From: Variovorax sp.
GTDB lineage: Bacteria > Pseudomonadota > Gammaproteobacteria > Burkholderiales > Burkholderiaceae_C
Reading direction: 5' to 3'
Assembly (NCBI GenBank): GCA_028292835.1
Contig: JAQGLP010000109.1
Span: 1 to 48,334 of the forward strand
Length of the DNA stretch: 48,334 nt
Shown here one piece after another: positions 37,526 through 46,236 of the stretch. The translations under genes and the position numbers were made by a program. Every line of letters starts with the position of its first letter. The first letter of the stretch is position 1. The notes under the pieces are model-generated. The model was not told the DNA's origin. It did not search any database and worked only from the letters and a program-made list of their open reading frames with translations.

Positions 37526-38463
37526 CACCGCACCTCCGGAAAGCCGTCGTGGGTGACGCCATCGAGCAGGCGGCCAGCCGCCTTCTTGCCGATGCGGTGG
37601 AGTCGGTGGCAGTTGACTTCGTCGTAGCCGAATTCCCGAATGGGCGCCTTGAAGGCGTAGGCCTGGCCAGCCGGAATCCACTCGCCCCATTGCTTGAACA
37701 GGAACGGCACGCCGGCGGCCGCGCACTGGTCGCGCAGGCTGCGAGCCCAGGCCGGATGCATCGGCCGTGCGCCGTGGCCGCTCTCTCCGCCGACGATCAC
37801 CCAGTCGAGCCCGCGCGCGCCGTCGCTCCGGTCCACGGCGTCCATGTAGCGCAGGGTGCCGGGTTCGCTGGGCAGCCGCAGGCAACGCAGGTCCACCGGC
37901 CCCAGCAGCGGCTCGCACGAGAGAAACCGCACGCGCGCCGGCGTGGCCAGCAGCTTCGGAATGTCGCGGTCGGCCTCTCCCTGGTTGACCACCGTGGCGC
38001 CCAGCCAGACGTTCGGCCAAGGCCAACCGGCGAGCTCGTCACCATGGTCTCCCTGATCCCGCGTGGCCTGTTCGATCATGGCCTTGGCGTTGCCGACGCG
38101 CTTGGTAAGCAGTAACCAGTCCAGATTCGGCGTGTTGCGGATCAGGGTGAACAGGTCGGCGCGCCACTCGTTCGGCACTTGGTTGTCGAACACGTCGGCC
38201 AGACTGCTGCAGAACACGCGCCGGCGCTCGCCGGCCGCGGCGGCGGCAGCGTTCCAGCGCGTGGGCAGCTTCCAGTTCGCCTCGCTGGTGCGCTTGCGCG
38301 GCCCGCCCCAGCCCTCGGGCGTCCAGCTGCGGAACTGGTCCTGCGCCGCCGCATAGCAGTTGTCGCAGCCCGGGCTGATCTTCTCGCATCCGATCCAGCC
38401 GTTGAAGGTGTAGCCGAGTTCGCCGCGGGGGCCGCGGGTCCATTCGATGGTGGTTTCAGCCAT
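37525..38463 (-). CDS. phage Gp37/Gp68 (DUF5131) radical-SAM-like protein
   Basis: TTIEWT, GCEKISPGCDNCYA, VFCSSLADVF, LLTKR, FLSCEPLLG, WVIVGGESG, FLFKQWG. Confidence 0.9.
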   Translation of the reverse strand: MAETTIEWTRGPRGELGYTFNGWIGCEKISPGCDNCYAAAQDQFRSWTPEGWGGPRKRTSEANWKLPTRWNAAAAAAGERRRVFCSSLADVFDNQVPNEWRADLFTLIRNTPNLDWLLLTKRVGNAKAMIEQATRDQGDHGDELAGWPWPNVWLGATVVNQGEADRDIPKLLATPARVRFLSCEPLLGPVDLRCLRLPSEPGTLRYMDAVDRSDGARGLDWVIVGGESGHGARPMHPAWARSLRDQCAAAGVPFLFKQWGEWIPAGQAYAFKAPIREFGYDEVNCHRLHRIGKKAAGRLLDGVTHDGFPEVR

Positions 38464-39031
38464 GGCCCACCTCCTTCATCGCCGCTTCTCGCGCGGCGTT
38501 CAGTTCGGCCATTGCCGCATCGGAGCCGCCCCTGTCGGGGTGCGTGGCGCCGGCCAGCCGGCGGTAGGCTGCGTCCACGTCCGCGCGCTTTGCATCGCGC
38601 GGCAGCGCCAGCACGTCGCTCCAGTGCTTGCCAGCTGGCGCCGGCAGTGACAGGAACCCCGTGAACGTGGCCCTCACCAGCGCCAGGGTGCCGTGCCGCA
38701 GCTCCACCCGGCGCGCCTCGATGATGTGGTGGATGGCCTGCAAGTTGGACGCCACGCTGCGGTAGCGGTCGACGGGGATGCAGACCTGCAGGCCGTCCCA
38801 TTCGAACCACACGGCGACACCGGGGTCCGCGGGCGCATCGACCCCCAGGGTCACGTTGCTGCTGATGACGGTGTTTTTCAGCGTCTTGCCCGAATCGCTG
38901 GCGAAGCCGCGCAGGCTGGTCTGCACGTTCTTGATCGCGTTGGGCAGGGCCGTCTTGAATCGGCCGTCCTCCCGGTACTTCGCCCGGGGGAACTGCTGCG
39001 GCCACGTGAGTGGATAGGCGGTGGCGCTCAT
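38456..39031 (-). CDS. J-domain-containing protein
   Basis: C-terminal AYRRLAGATHPDRGGSDAAMAELNAA with HPD motif; N-terminal AYPLTWP and DPGVAVWF family motifs. Confidence 0.85.
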   Translation of the reverse strand: MSATAYPLTWPQQFPRAKYREDGRFKTALPNAIKNVQTSLRGFASDSGKTLKNTVISSNVTLGVDAPADPGVAVWFEWDGLQVCIPVDRYRSVASNLQAIHHIIEARRVELRHGTLALVRATFTGFLSLPAPAGKHWSDVLALPRDAKRADVDAAYRRLAGATHPDRGGSDAAMAELNAAREAAMKEVGHG

Positions 39032-39037
39032 GGTCGA

Positions 39038-39574
39038 TCAGAGCTCCAGCGTCACCACGGCGCCGCCCTCGCGCGCCTTCTTCAGGATCGCGCTGGCGAG
39101 CTGCATCGCATGTTGCGGCGGCAGGCCAATCCACGCCGTGGGCTTGCCGAAGTCGATGCGCACCATGCTGCCCGTCGGCGCATCGGCCAGGCTCACCGCC
39201 AGCGTCAGCGCACCGTCGTCATTGACGTTGGCGCGGCCCTGTGGGAAGGTGCCGTCGATCTTCTCTTGCGCGAGCAGCGCAATTTCCGCCGGCGTGAGCG
39301 CACGGTTGCCTGCCTCGAACACTTCCGCGGGCACCCAGCTGGTGTAGCCGTCGGTCTCGAGGCGAATGAAGTAGCCGCCAACCGGTGTCTTCCTCGTCTT
39401 CGGCACGCGCTTGTCCAGCCACTCTTGATCCACCTCGGCGACCTTGCTCATCTTCCCGGGTATCGCCAGCACCAGGTAGACGGCGCCCGAGTCGTACTCC
39501 ACGTCGGTGATCTTTGCCGCGCGCACCAGCTTGTGCGACCGATACAGAGGCAGTTCGCTGTCATTGAAGTTCAT
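39038..39574 (-). CDS. hypothetical two-domain protein
   Basis: 178 aa; LPLYRSHKLVRAAKI...GGYFI..DGYTSWVPAEVFEAG domain plus C-terminal IDFGKP domain. Confidence 0.6.
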   Translation of the reverse strand: MNFNDSELPLYRSHKLVRAAKITDVEYDSGAVYLVLAIPGKMSKVAEVDQEWLDKRVPKTRKTPVGGYFIRLETDGYTSWVPAEVFEAGNRALTPAEIALLAQEKIDGTFPQGRANVNDDGALTLAVSLADAPTGSMVRIDFGKPTAWIGLPPQHAMQLASAILKKAREGGAVVTLEL

Positions 39575-39583
39575 GCGGTTCTT

Positions 39584-39835
39584 TCAGTTGATGGTCTGCT
39601 GGGCCTGCACGGGCAGCTCCACGAAGGGGCCGGTGTAGCCCGCCAGGCGTGCGTTCTTGACGATCAGCTGCGCCAAGTGCACGGCGAGATCCGGCGGGAA
39701 GCTGATGAGGTCGCAGGGCTCGCCGAAGTCGATGGCGACCTGCGCGGTTTCACCGACGGTCAGCACGCCTACGGCCAGTTCGTGCTCCGGCGCGTCCGGA
39801 TCCAGCTCCGGCGGGGTGGTGATCGGTTGCGGCAT
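39584..39835 (-). CDS. hypothetical protein (IDFGxP domain)
   Basis: 83 aa; TGATG-coupled to the exonuclease stop; similar to the C-terminus of the neighbouring gene. Confidence 0.55.
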   Translation of the reverse strand: MPQPITTPPELDPDAPEHELAVGVLTVGETAQVAIDFGEPCDLISFPPDLAVHLAQLIVKNARLAGYTGPFVELPVQAQQTIN

Positions 39836-41769
39836 CACGCGGCCGCCCCTTGCAGTGCGAGGGCCAGCACCTTGCCGCAATGGCGCTGGAGGGCCTCGAC
39901 CATTGCCGGGAAGTCTTCTTCCCGATACAGCTTGGCGCCCTTTTCGGTGCTCACCACCGGGAAGCCGAGCACGATCAGGCCTTCGGCGGTCAGCTGGATC
40001 GGCGACACGCGGGCGTTGATTTCCCCCAGCTTGAGCGTCGCCGGGCCGCGGGCGGGCTGGCGGATCGGCTGCACGTTGGCCGCGGGCACGTGCTGCACCA
40101 CGGGGCCCTGCGGCGTCATGGTGGTGGACGTCATGCCCGTGCCAGTGCCCAGCTGGTCGCGCATCGCCGCTTCGGTTGCCGCCTGCGCCCCGGGCAGCGA
40201 CGCCAGGTGCTGCACCGCGTGCGCGACCTCTTGCTGGTGGCGCTGCGCTGCCTGCGCCTCGGCGTCCCGCGCATCCTGCTCGCGTTGCAGCCGTGCTGCT
40301 TCCTCGCGCTGGCGCTTCTCTTCGGCCTCGCGCAGGATCCGCTCCTGTTCGGCCTTGTGGTCCGCAACGCGCAGGCGCACCGTGTTGCGCAGATCCTCGG
40401 TGTCCTTCCAGATGAGGGTGCGCCAGTCGGCGAACAGCGCCTTGTGCTCCTTCGCGTCGACCTTGATCACGTTGATGTTGGCCGCGAACAAGTCGCCCAG
40501 GGCGCTGCTGGCGATCTTCACCCGCGCCAGCTCCTGGTCCAGCGCGTCCTGCATGTTCTTGAAGCTCTTTTTGTTGAAGACGCACTTGCCCCAGTTCGCT
40601 TCGATCCTCGCGTGCGACAGCTCCGGCATCAGCGGTTGCGCGGGCGGTTGGTCCAGCATCGCCACCAGCTTCTGCTCGATTCCGCGGACCCACTCCACGG
40701 CCTTGCCCTTCGCGAGCTCGATCAACTCGGTCTTCCGAGTCTCCTTGCGGGCCTTGATCGCGTTGGTGAACGCGATGCGGGTCTTGTCGAGCTCCTGCTC
40801 GATGCGCTCCAAGGTGCCCACAGCGGTGTTGACGTCGCCCGTGGCGGACATGAGCTGCGCGCGCACGCCCTGCAGCGCGAGCTTGCTGGTCTCGCACCAC
40901 TTGGCGGCCGCGTCGGCGTCCTCGAAGTCCTGGTCGGTTTCCAGCTTGTGCTCGCGCACGCTCTTGATGAACGCCAGCGCCGCCTCTTCCCACTCCTTGA
41001 TGTTCGACTCCAGCACCAGCTGGCCCGTCGCCTGCGCGAAGATGGCCGGGAGCTGGTCGGGCCGGCGCCCCACGGCCGCTGGCTTTTCGATGACCTCCAC
41101 CGGGGTGTACGCTGCATAGTCGTGCTCCCACTGGATCCAACCCGCAACCAGCCTTGCGCGCAGTTCGGGATCCGGCTTGTACCAGCAGTGCCTGGCATCC
41201 TTGAGAGTGCCGTCCGGGTTCCAAGCGCTCGCCGTGAACAGGCACTCCTCGGCCTCGCCGTTGGCCATGAACTGCTGTTCCATCTGCTCCAGGTACCGTG
41301 CCGGCAGGTCGGCGGCGTTGTTCAGGTGGGCGCCGGCTTCGCCGGGGTAGGGCAGTGCCGCCGCCAGTTCGGCGTTCAGCTGCTTGTGTTCCCAGTTGCG
41401 CTTACGGGCGATGGTGGAGCCGTCCAGCGAGGCGCTGATCGGCCGGCGGATGCCATGCTGGCTCCAGTCGCGCGAGAGCACCAGCGGGTACAGGTCTTCG
41501 CCCATCAGGGCCTCTGCCAGCGTGCGGCCGTGCTCCTCGAACAGGTGCCCCTTGTCGTAGATGCCCTGCTTGAAGGAACTCACGTCTGGAGAGAACCCGA
41601 CGTACATCGAGTGCAGCAGATCGTTGCGCGAACGGTGCGGGTCGTCGCCCATCATGGCCGCGGCGTCGCTGGCGTTGTTGCACCCGAACCGGTGCTGATG
41701 CCAGGCGCGCGAGCCTTGCTGGAGCGTGTGCTGGACGGCCTGGGCCTTGACGGTGAGTAGCGTTTTCAA
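39835..41769 (-). CDS. YqaJ-like (lambda Exo-family) exonuclease with coiled-coil extension
   Basis: QGSRAWHQHR, ASDAAAMMG, GHLFEE, SASLDG, WEHK, QMEQQ; adjacent to recT. Confidence 0.85.
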   Translation of the reverse strand: MKTLLTVKAQAVQHTLQQGSRAWHQHRFGCNNASDAAAMMGDDPHRSRNDLLHSMYVGFSPDVSSFKQGIYDKGHLFEEHGRTLAEALMGEDLYPLVLSRDWSQHGIRRPISASLDGSTIARKRNWEHKQLNAELAAALPYPGEAGAHLNNAADLPARYLEQMEQQFMANGEAEECLFTASAWNPDGTLKDARHCWYKPDPELRARLVAGWIQWEHDYAAYTPVEVIEKPAAVGRRPDQLPAIFAQATGQLVLESNIKEWEEAALAFIKSVREHKLETDQDFEDADAAAKWCETSKLALQGVRAQLMSATGDVNTAVGTLERIEQELDKTRIAFTNAIKARKETRKTELIELAKGKAVEWVRGIEQKLVAMLDQPPAQPLMPELSHARIEANWGKCVFNKKSFKNMQDALDQELARVKIASSALGDLFAANINVIKVDAKEHKALFADWRTLIWKDTEDLRNTVRLRVADHKAEQERILREAEEKRQREEAARLQREQDARDAEAQAAQRHQQEVAHAVQHLASLPGAQAATEAAMRDQLGTGTGMTSTTMTPQGPVVQHVPAANVQPIRQPARGPATLKLGEINARVSPIQLTAEGLIVLGFPVVSTEKGAKLYREEDFPAMVEALQRHCGKVLALALQGAAA

Positions 41770-42878
41770 TTGGAGGCTCCTTCGGTGGGTTGCGCCCAGC
41801 TGGCGATTTCGGTTTTCTGTTCGAGGGACACGGAGTTGCGCGTTTCCAGCGCGGTGATGAGGTCGTTCACCTTCGCGCCGCTGGCAATCGCGTTGCGCAG
41901 CTGCGGCTCCTTCGCCTTGAGGGCATCGGAGGTGAGGGCGGGTTTGGCGGGCCGCTCGTCCTCGTCGGCGTGCTGTTGCTGCTGCTGCTGTTCCCCAGCG
42001 TGCTGCTGGCTTCCGCCTGCTTCGACGTAGTCGCCGCCATCCATCACCGGCTCGATGTAGTCGATCGGCGCATGTTCGAGCGCCGGGACAGCGTTGCGCG
42101 CCGCGACGTCGGCCACACTGCTAGGCGTGCCGGAAAAGCCCAGCGCCTCGTTGTCCGACTGTTCGATCTTGTTGAAGTGATCGTGCCGCGGCAGCTGCTT
42201 GGCCCCCCGCTTGATGACCGATTTGATGGCCTGCTGGTCGTACCACTTCTTCCAGGGGCCGCTCGCCGACTCGCCGGCTTTGCTTGCCGCGCGCACCTTT
42301 TCAATGTCACGCCGAGGCATGACTTCCCGCTTGATCTGGCCGTTCTTCAACTTCACGACCATGTACGCGGCGATCACCGGGCCGGCGTCGTCCTCCATGG
42401 TCGGCTCGTGCTCCAGCCGCGGGTTGTCGCCACGCACGAACTTGAAGTGGTCGTTCCGGAAGACGGCCGCGGCGTCCACCATGTCGACGTCGGGGTGCTC
42501 GTACAGCGCCTTGACCAGGCCGCCCACCATGGGCTGGTATGACACCAGCTTGATCCAGTGTTCCCGGCCGGTGGCGCGGTCCTTCACCTTCGTGCTGTAG
42601 ACGTTCAGGAACGCCTCGCGGCCGTCTGGCATCAGCCCATCCTTCGCCGCCTTCATGCAGCCAGCGATGAAGCTGCGGCGATCGGCCTCCAGCAGTTCCG
42701 GGTTGTCCATCGCGGCCTGCAGCACGACGCTGACGAACTTCTCGACGTTCTGGCGGGATCCGCCAAGCAGCGGCAGGAAGCCCTGTTTGCTGCGTTCGAG
42801 CTGGCCCTTCAGCTGCTCATACCGGTTCGGCTGTGCAGCGCCGCCATTACCGGCTGCGGGCTGGGGATTCGTGGTCAT
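41766..42878 (-). CDS. recT: RecT-family single-strand annealing recombinase
   Basis: 370 aa from ATG 42878; NPELLEADRRSF...AAKDGLMPDGREAFL, GPWKKWYDQQAIKSVIKRGAKQLP. Confidence 0.85.
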   Translation of the reverse strand: MTTNPQPAAGNGGAAQPNRYEQLKGQLERSKQGFLPLLGGSRQNVEKFVSVVLQAAMDNPELLEADRRSFIAGCMKAAKDGLMPDGREAFLNVYSTKVKDRATGREHWIKLVSYQPMVGGLVKALYEHPDVDMVDAAAVFRNDHFKFVRGDNPRLEHEPTMEDDAGPVIAAYMVVKLKNGQIKREVMPRRDIEKVRAASKAGESASGPWKKWYDQQAIKSVIKRGAKQLPRHDHFNKIEQSDNEALGFSGTPSSVADVAARNAVPALEHAPIDYIEPVMDGGDYVEAGGSQQHAGEQQQQQQHADEDERPAKPALTSDALKAKEPQLRNAIASGAKVNDLITALETRNSVSLEQKTEIASWAQPTEGASN

Positions 42879-42886
42879 GGTTTCTT

Positions 42887-43258
42887 TCAGAACAGGTTGT
42901 GGAGGCGCCCGACGGCGCCGGCAATGTAGGCGGCCCCAGCGATCGCCAGGGCCGCGCCGATGGCGCGCCCGAGCCGCCAGTTGTTGCGAGTCACGGCGCC
43001 GAAGTGGCGGCCGCGCCGCGCGGGGCCCTCGATGCCGTAGTCCGGGCGGAACGTCTTGGGCCGGCGCGGCAGTTCGCCCGCCGGAACCTCGCAGGCTTGC
43101 GGCGTGGGGCACTGCCCTTCGCACAGGGACGTGCAGGCCGAACAGTTCGCTGCCTGGCGCGGAGCATCGGCCGGGTGCATAGGAATGCAGCCGTACTTGG
43201 AGCAGTGGGCGACGGTTTCGCACTCGTCGCAAAGGCGGGCGGTCAGAGCATCAGCCAC
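42887..43258 (-). CDS. Cys-rich protein with C-terminal transmembrane helix
   Basis: 123 aa from GTG with GGAGG RBS; two Cys clusters; hydrophobic C-terminus. Confidence 0.55.
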   Translation of the reverse strand: MADALTARLCDECETVAHCSKYGCIPMHPADAPRQAANCSACTSLCEGQCPTPQACEVPAGELPRRPKTFRPDYGIEGPARRGRHFGAVTRNNWRLGRAIGAALAIAGAAYIAGAVGRLHNLF

Positions 43259-43451
43259 GGGATACCTCCTTGTTTTCCACGGGCACTTCGATGCCCAGTT
43301 GCTTGATGCGCGTCTCCAGCGCGCCGTGCGCACGCGAGAGGGCGAAGTAGGTGTCCTTGGGCAGCGTCACGCGGTGGGCGCGGTCGTCGTCCAACGCGCG
43401 CTCCATGGCGTTCAGCGCGCCCGCGAGATCGAGCAGCGGGATTCCGGTCAC
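43251..43451 (-). CDS. hypothetical protein
   Basis: 66 aa; GTGA-coupled. Confidence 0.5.
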   Translation of the reverse strand: MTGIPLLDLAGALNAMERALDDDRAHRVTLPKDTYFALSRAHGALETRIKQLGIEVPVENKEVSRG

Positions 43452-43711
43452 AACAGATCCTTTCCGCAGGAGTCGCACCTGCCGGTTTCGAGTTCACTCA
43501 GGGTGGGTTCGGGGTTGCAGCCGCCGCAGACGTCCGTTTCCTCTTCGGGCTCGTCTTCTTCGGGTTCGTCCGGCGCGCAGGGGGAGCCCGGGCCGGTATG
43601 TCCGTGGCACGTGGAGCACCAATGGTTCAGGCGCGCATTGCGGCGGCGCTGTTCGTGCATTTCCTCCAGCACGTCGTATGGGGCGTCTTCGCGGGTGTAC
43701 TGCGCCATCAC
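43448..43711 (-). CDS. small acidic Cys-containing protein
   Basis: 87 aa; CSTC, CGGC, CDSC; GGAGG RBS. Confidence 0.55.
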   Translation of the reverse strand: MMAQYTREDAPYDVLEEMHEQRRRNARLNHWCSTCHGHTGPGSPCAPDEPEEDEPEEETDVCGGCNPEPTLSELETGRCDSCGKDLL

Positions 43712-44019
43712 GCGAACCCTCCGAAGTCGCCATCGCGCACGATGGCCACGTCGCCGCGGATCGTGTTCGTGGTCCCTCGCGTGCAGTTGGCGTGATACAG
43801 CTGGGTGGCCAGTTGGTTGACCGGCAGGGCCTTGGGGTGCCCCAGGTCGTCCAGGACCATCACCATGAGCGGCTCGCCCAGGTGGCGCAGGTTCACCGTG
43901 GCCAGGCAGTCCGCACCGATCGCCTTGCAGAACTTCACCAGCGTCATCGGCTTGTCCAGCACTTCGACCGTGCCGTCGGCGCGGATGATCCGGCGCGTGC
44001 GGTCGTTCAGCGCGCTCAC
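43708..44019 (-). CDS. DUF3846-like hypothetical protein
   Basis: 103 aa; LPVNQLATQLY...IRGDVAIV pattern. Confidence 0.55.
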   Translation of the reverse strand: MSALNDRTRRIIRADGTVEVLDKPMTLVKFCKAIGADCLATVNLRHLGEPLMVMVLDDLGHPKALPVNQLATQLYHANCTRGTTNTIRGDVAIVRDGDFGGFA

Positions 44020-44216
44020 CGGTATTCCCTGCGCTGATCGACCGCGCGCTGCAGGTCGGCCTGCTTGGTGTCGCTGGCCCATGGCGCCAGCTCGAGGTCC
44101 GTTCGCTCCGGGCCGCTCCACTCGCGCGCCAGGTTGCGGTCAGCCTCGGTCAGTGGCTCGATGGCCTCGGGGGTGCGCTTGCGCTCGTACGCTTGGCGCC
44201 GTGCGTTTCGGTTCAT
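44016..44216 (-). CDS. hypothetical protein, first gene of the early-left operon
   Basis: 66 aa; AAGGAG RBS; downstream of the PL-like promoter. Confidence 0.55.
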   Translation of the reverse strand: MNRNARRQAYERKRTPEAIEPLTEADRNLAREWSGPERTDLELAPWASDTKQADLQRAVDQRREYR

Positions 44217-44236
44217 CGCCTTGCTCCTTTGGGGAT

Positions 44237-44283
44237 AGCAAGACTTTACTCATAACACCGGAGGTGTCAAGCAAAGTTTTGCG
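44237..44283 (-). promoter_or_regulatory. PL-like promoter with two operator sites
   Basis: Minus strand TTGACA (44270-44265)-16 nt-TAAAGT; operators AGCAAGACTTTACT (44237-44250) and AGCAAAGTTTTGCG (44270-44283) overlap the -10 and -35. Confidence 0.7.
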
Positions 44284-44442
44284 ATGCAGGGCGCAAAGCG
44301 GTTGTCATGGCTCGTTGGGATCAATGGGGGAAATGCCTAGCATTCCCTGTTCTGTCACGGCAGACAGGCTCGGTTCAGCTGGATGTTGCGTATAAATCGG
44401 GCAGGGACGCACCACAGTGACTAGCCACAGCCAAAGAAAGCC

Positions 44443-44787
44443 ATGCCAGACAGTCGCTTCGAACGAGGGGGGCGGCTGCGTGCCGCCCGAAATGCAGCAG
44501 GCCTGACGCAAAAGGATATGGCTTCGATCCTGGGGTGTTCGCGCCAGCTGGTGGGGGTGCTGGAGAACGGGGGGAAGCTCAGCGCCGACCACTTGAAGCT
44601 GTGGTGCGCTGCGTGCGGCTGCAGCTCCGAGACGATCCTGTTCGGTTCGCCGGATGCGACCTCAGCAAGCGAGGGCGTGGCGCAGCAGTTCGCCCTGCTC
44701 GAGCCGGTGCTGCGCGCCCGCCTGTGGATGCTCTACCAGGTGTTCGTCAGGCGCGGCGTGCCTGACCGGACGGAGACGCCCCCCTAA
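44443..44787 (+). CDS. XRE-family HTH regulator
   Basis: RLRAARNAAGLTQKDMASILGCSRQLVGVLENG. Confidence 0.8.
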   Translation: MPDSRFERGGRLRAARNAAGLTQKDMASILGCSRQLVGVLENGGKLSADHLKLWCAACGCSSETILFGSPDATSASEGVAQQFALLEPVLRARLWMLYQVFVRRGVPDRTETPP

Positions 44788-44957
44788 GCCAGCAGCAGGA
44801 TGGCGCTGTAGAGCGCCACCAGGCCGGCCCAGAAGAGGTGCCGGCGCTGGCGCACCAGCTTGGGTGCCAGGATGGGCAGCGGCCGCAGGATCACGTCCAG
44901 CGCGACGCCGGCCACAAGCAAGAACCCGAGCACGGCCGCGGGTGAGATTTCATCCAT
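44784..44957 (-). CDS. 57-aa two-TM membrane protein downstream of the repressor
   Basis: Translated by hand: MDEISPAAVLGFLLVAGVALDVILRPLPILAPKLVRQRRHLFWAGLVALYSAILLLA; overlaps the repressor stop; GC3-rich codons. Confidence 0.6.
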   Translation of the reverse strand: MDEISPAAVLGFLLVAGVALDVILRPLPILAPKLVRQRRHLFWAGLVALYSAILLLA

Positions 44958-45345
44958 GGTAGGGCTGGGGTGTTGTCATGGGTTCCGCCTCCCCGTCACG
45001 TTCCTGCTCGTCTTCACGCGGCAGATCCTTTGCAAGCTGTCGCAGGCGATCGAATGACTGCTCGAACTGGCGATACAGCTCGCGCTCGCTCGGCGTGATC
45101 GGGCGGAGCAACTCCCACGTCTCCACGCCCAGCCCCTCCGCGATCTTATCGACCTCCGTCAGCTTCGCCGAAGGGGCCTTGCCGCTGATGCTTTCGGTTG
45201 CACGCAGGGATGGCTTCAAGTAGTTGCCGATGGTGCGCTGCGCGAGCCCGACCTTCTTGGCCAGGGATGCCTGCGTGTAACGCTTTCTGCGCATGAAGTA
45301 GGCCAGGTTGGTGGCCAGCACCTCATTGATGGGCAGTTTTGCCAT
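44950..45345 (-). CDS. CI-like repressor (XRE HTH, no S24 peptidase domain)
   Basis: 131 aa; LATNLAYFM..TQASLAKKVGLAQRTIGNY..IAEGLGVETWELL; divergent from the cro-like gene. Confidence 0.75.
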   Translation of the reverse strand: MAKLPINEVLATNLAYFMRRKRYTQASLAKKVGLAQRTIGNYLKPSLRATESISGKAPSAKLTEVDKIAEGLGVETWELLRPITPSERELYRQFEQSFDRLRQLAKDLPREDEQERDGEAEPMTTPQPYHG

Positions 45346-45370
45346 GCGACGCAGTGTGTCCGCCGGCATT

Positions 45371-45423
45371 AGCAAAGGGGTGCTCGCAATAATGTTGCCG
45401 CTAGCGCAAAACTTTGCTATCGT
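45371..45423 (+). promoter_or_regulatory. PR-like promoter and operators
   Basis: TTGCCG (45395)-17 nt-TATCGT (45418); CGCAAAACTTTGCT (45405-45418) is the exact reverse complement of the 44270 operator; AGCAAAGGGGTGCT at 45371-45384. Confidence 0.7.
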
Positions 45424-45431
45424 GGGCGCCA

Positions 45432-45734
45432 ATGTCACTTGCCCCCCACTCCATTCCAGGCGCGCAGAAGTCGGACCTTGACGCGCAAGTCCTGGCTCTT
45501 CTGATCGCACGCAAAGGCGACTGGAAGCGCATCGCCGAAGAGTCCGACACGGTGAGCTATTCGTGGATCTCCAAGTTCGCGAACGGGCACATCCCCAACG
45601 CCGGGGTCGACACGTTGCGCAAGTTGCGCGACTGGCTGGAAGTGCACCCGGTCGAGTCTCCCTCCGCGCCCGCCGCCGACGACAGCCGCGGCGATTCCTC
45701 CTCCGTGGGCGCGGGTTCTGTGCCGCCGGGCTGA
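45432..45734 (+). CDS. Cro-like HTH protein
   Basis: WKRIAEESDTVSYSWISKFANGHIPNAGVDTLRKL; divergent from the repressor. Confidence 0.75.
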   Translation: MSLAPHSIPGAQKSDLDAQVLALLIARKGDWKRIAEESDTVSYSWISKFANGHIPNAGVDTLRKLRDWLEVHPVESPSAPAADDSRGDSSSVGAGSVPPG

Positions 45735-45752
45735 GTCCCGGCGGTTTTTTTT
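45723..45752 (+). terminator. rho-independent terminator (tR1-like)
   Basis: CCGCCGGG-CTGAGT-CCCGGCGG followed by T8. Confidence 0.85.
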
Positions 45753-45791
45753 CCCCAAAGACAAAACAACGGCCCCGGCAGGAGAACGAAC

Positions 45792-46058
45792 GTGGCAGCA
45801 GCTGATGGAACCAACGACGACCGCGCGAGCTTCGCGCGCGGCAGCGACACCGCTGAATTGCGCGGCGAATGCCCGCGGGAAATCGTGGATGTGCTGGACG
45901 CCGTCTCGATGGCCCGGAACTACCCATCCCGAAACGCGCTGGTGGTGGAGATCCTGCGGAGCTGGACGGACAAGGTACTGCACGAAGCCAGTGTCGTCGC
46001 CGCTGTGACGCGCCGCAATCCGCAGCCGTCGGATGCCGCCGGAGGGTCGCGGAGGTGA
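45792..46058 (+). CDS. ribbon-helix-helix-like regulator at the CII position
   Basis: ELRGECPREIVDVLDAVSMAR..SRNALVVEIL; AGGAG RBS, GTG start. Confidence 0.6.
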   Translation: MAAADGTNDDRASFARGSDTAELRGECPREIVDVLDAVSMARNYPSRNALVVEILRSWTDKVLHEASVVAAVTRRNPQPSDAAGGSRR

Positions 46059-46234
46059 TCGCGGACCAGGCCATTCGTGGCATCACACACGACGACGTGG
46101 TGGCGATGGCGCGTGCGCAGGCCGAGCGTCAAGAGCCGATGGGGCACCACTTCGAAGCTGGCACCACACAGGCGTGCACGTACGAGCGTGCCTACCTTGA
46201 GCGTCAGCGCGAGCTGGACGAGCACCAGGGCTGA
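46055..46234 (+). CDS. 59-aa hypothetical protein
   Basis: GTGA-coupled; GGAGG upstream; fills the gap before the MTase. Confidence 0.5.
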   Translation: MIADQAIRGITHDDVVAMARAQAERQEPMGHHFEAGTTQACTYERAYLERQRELDEHQG

Positions 46235-46236
46235 AC

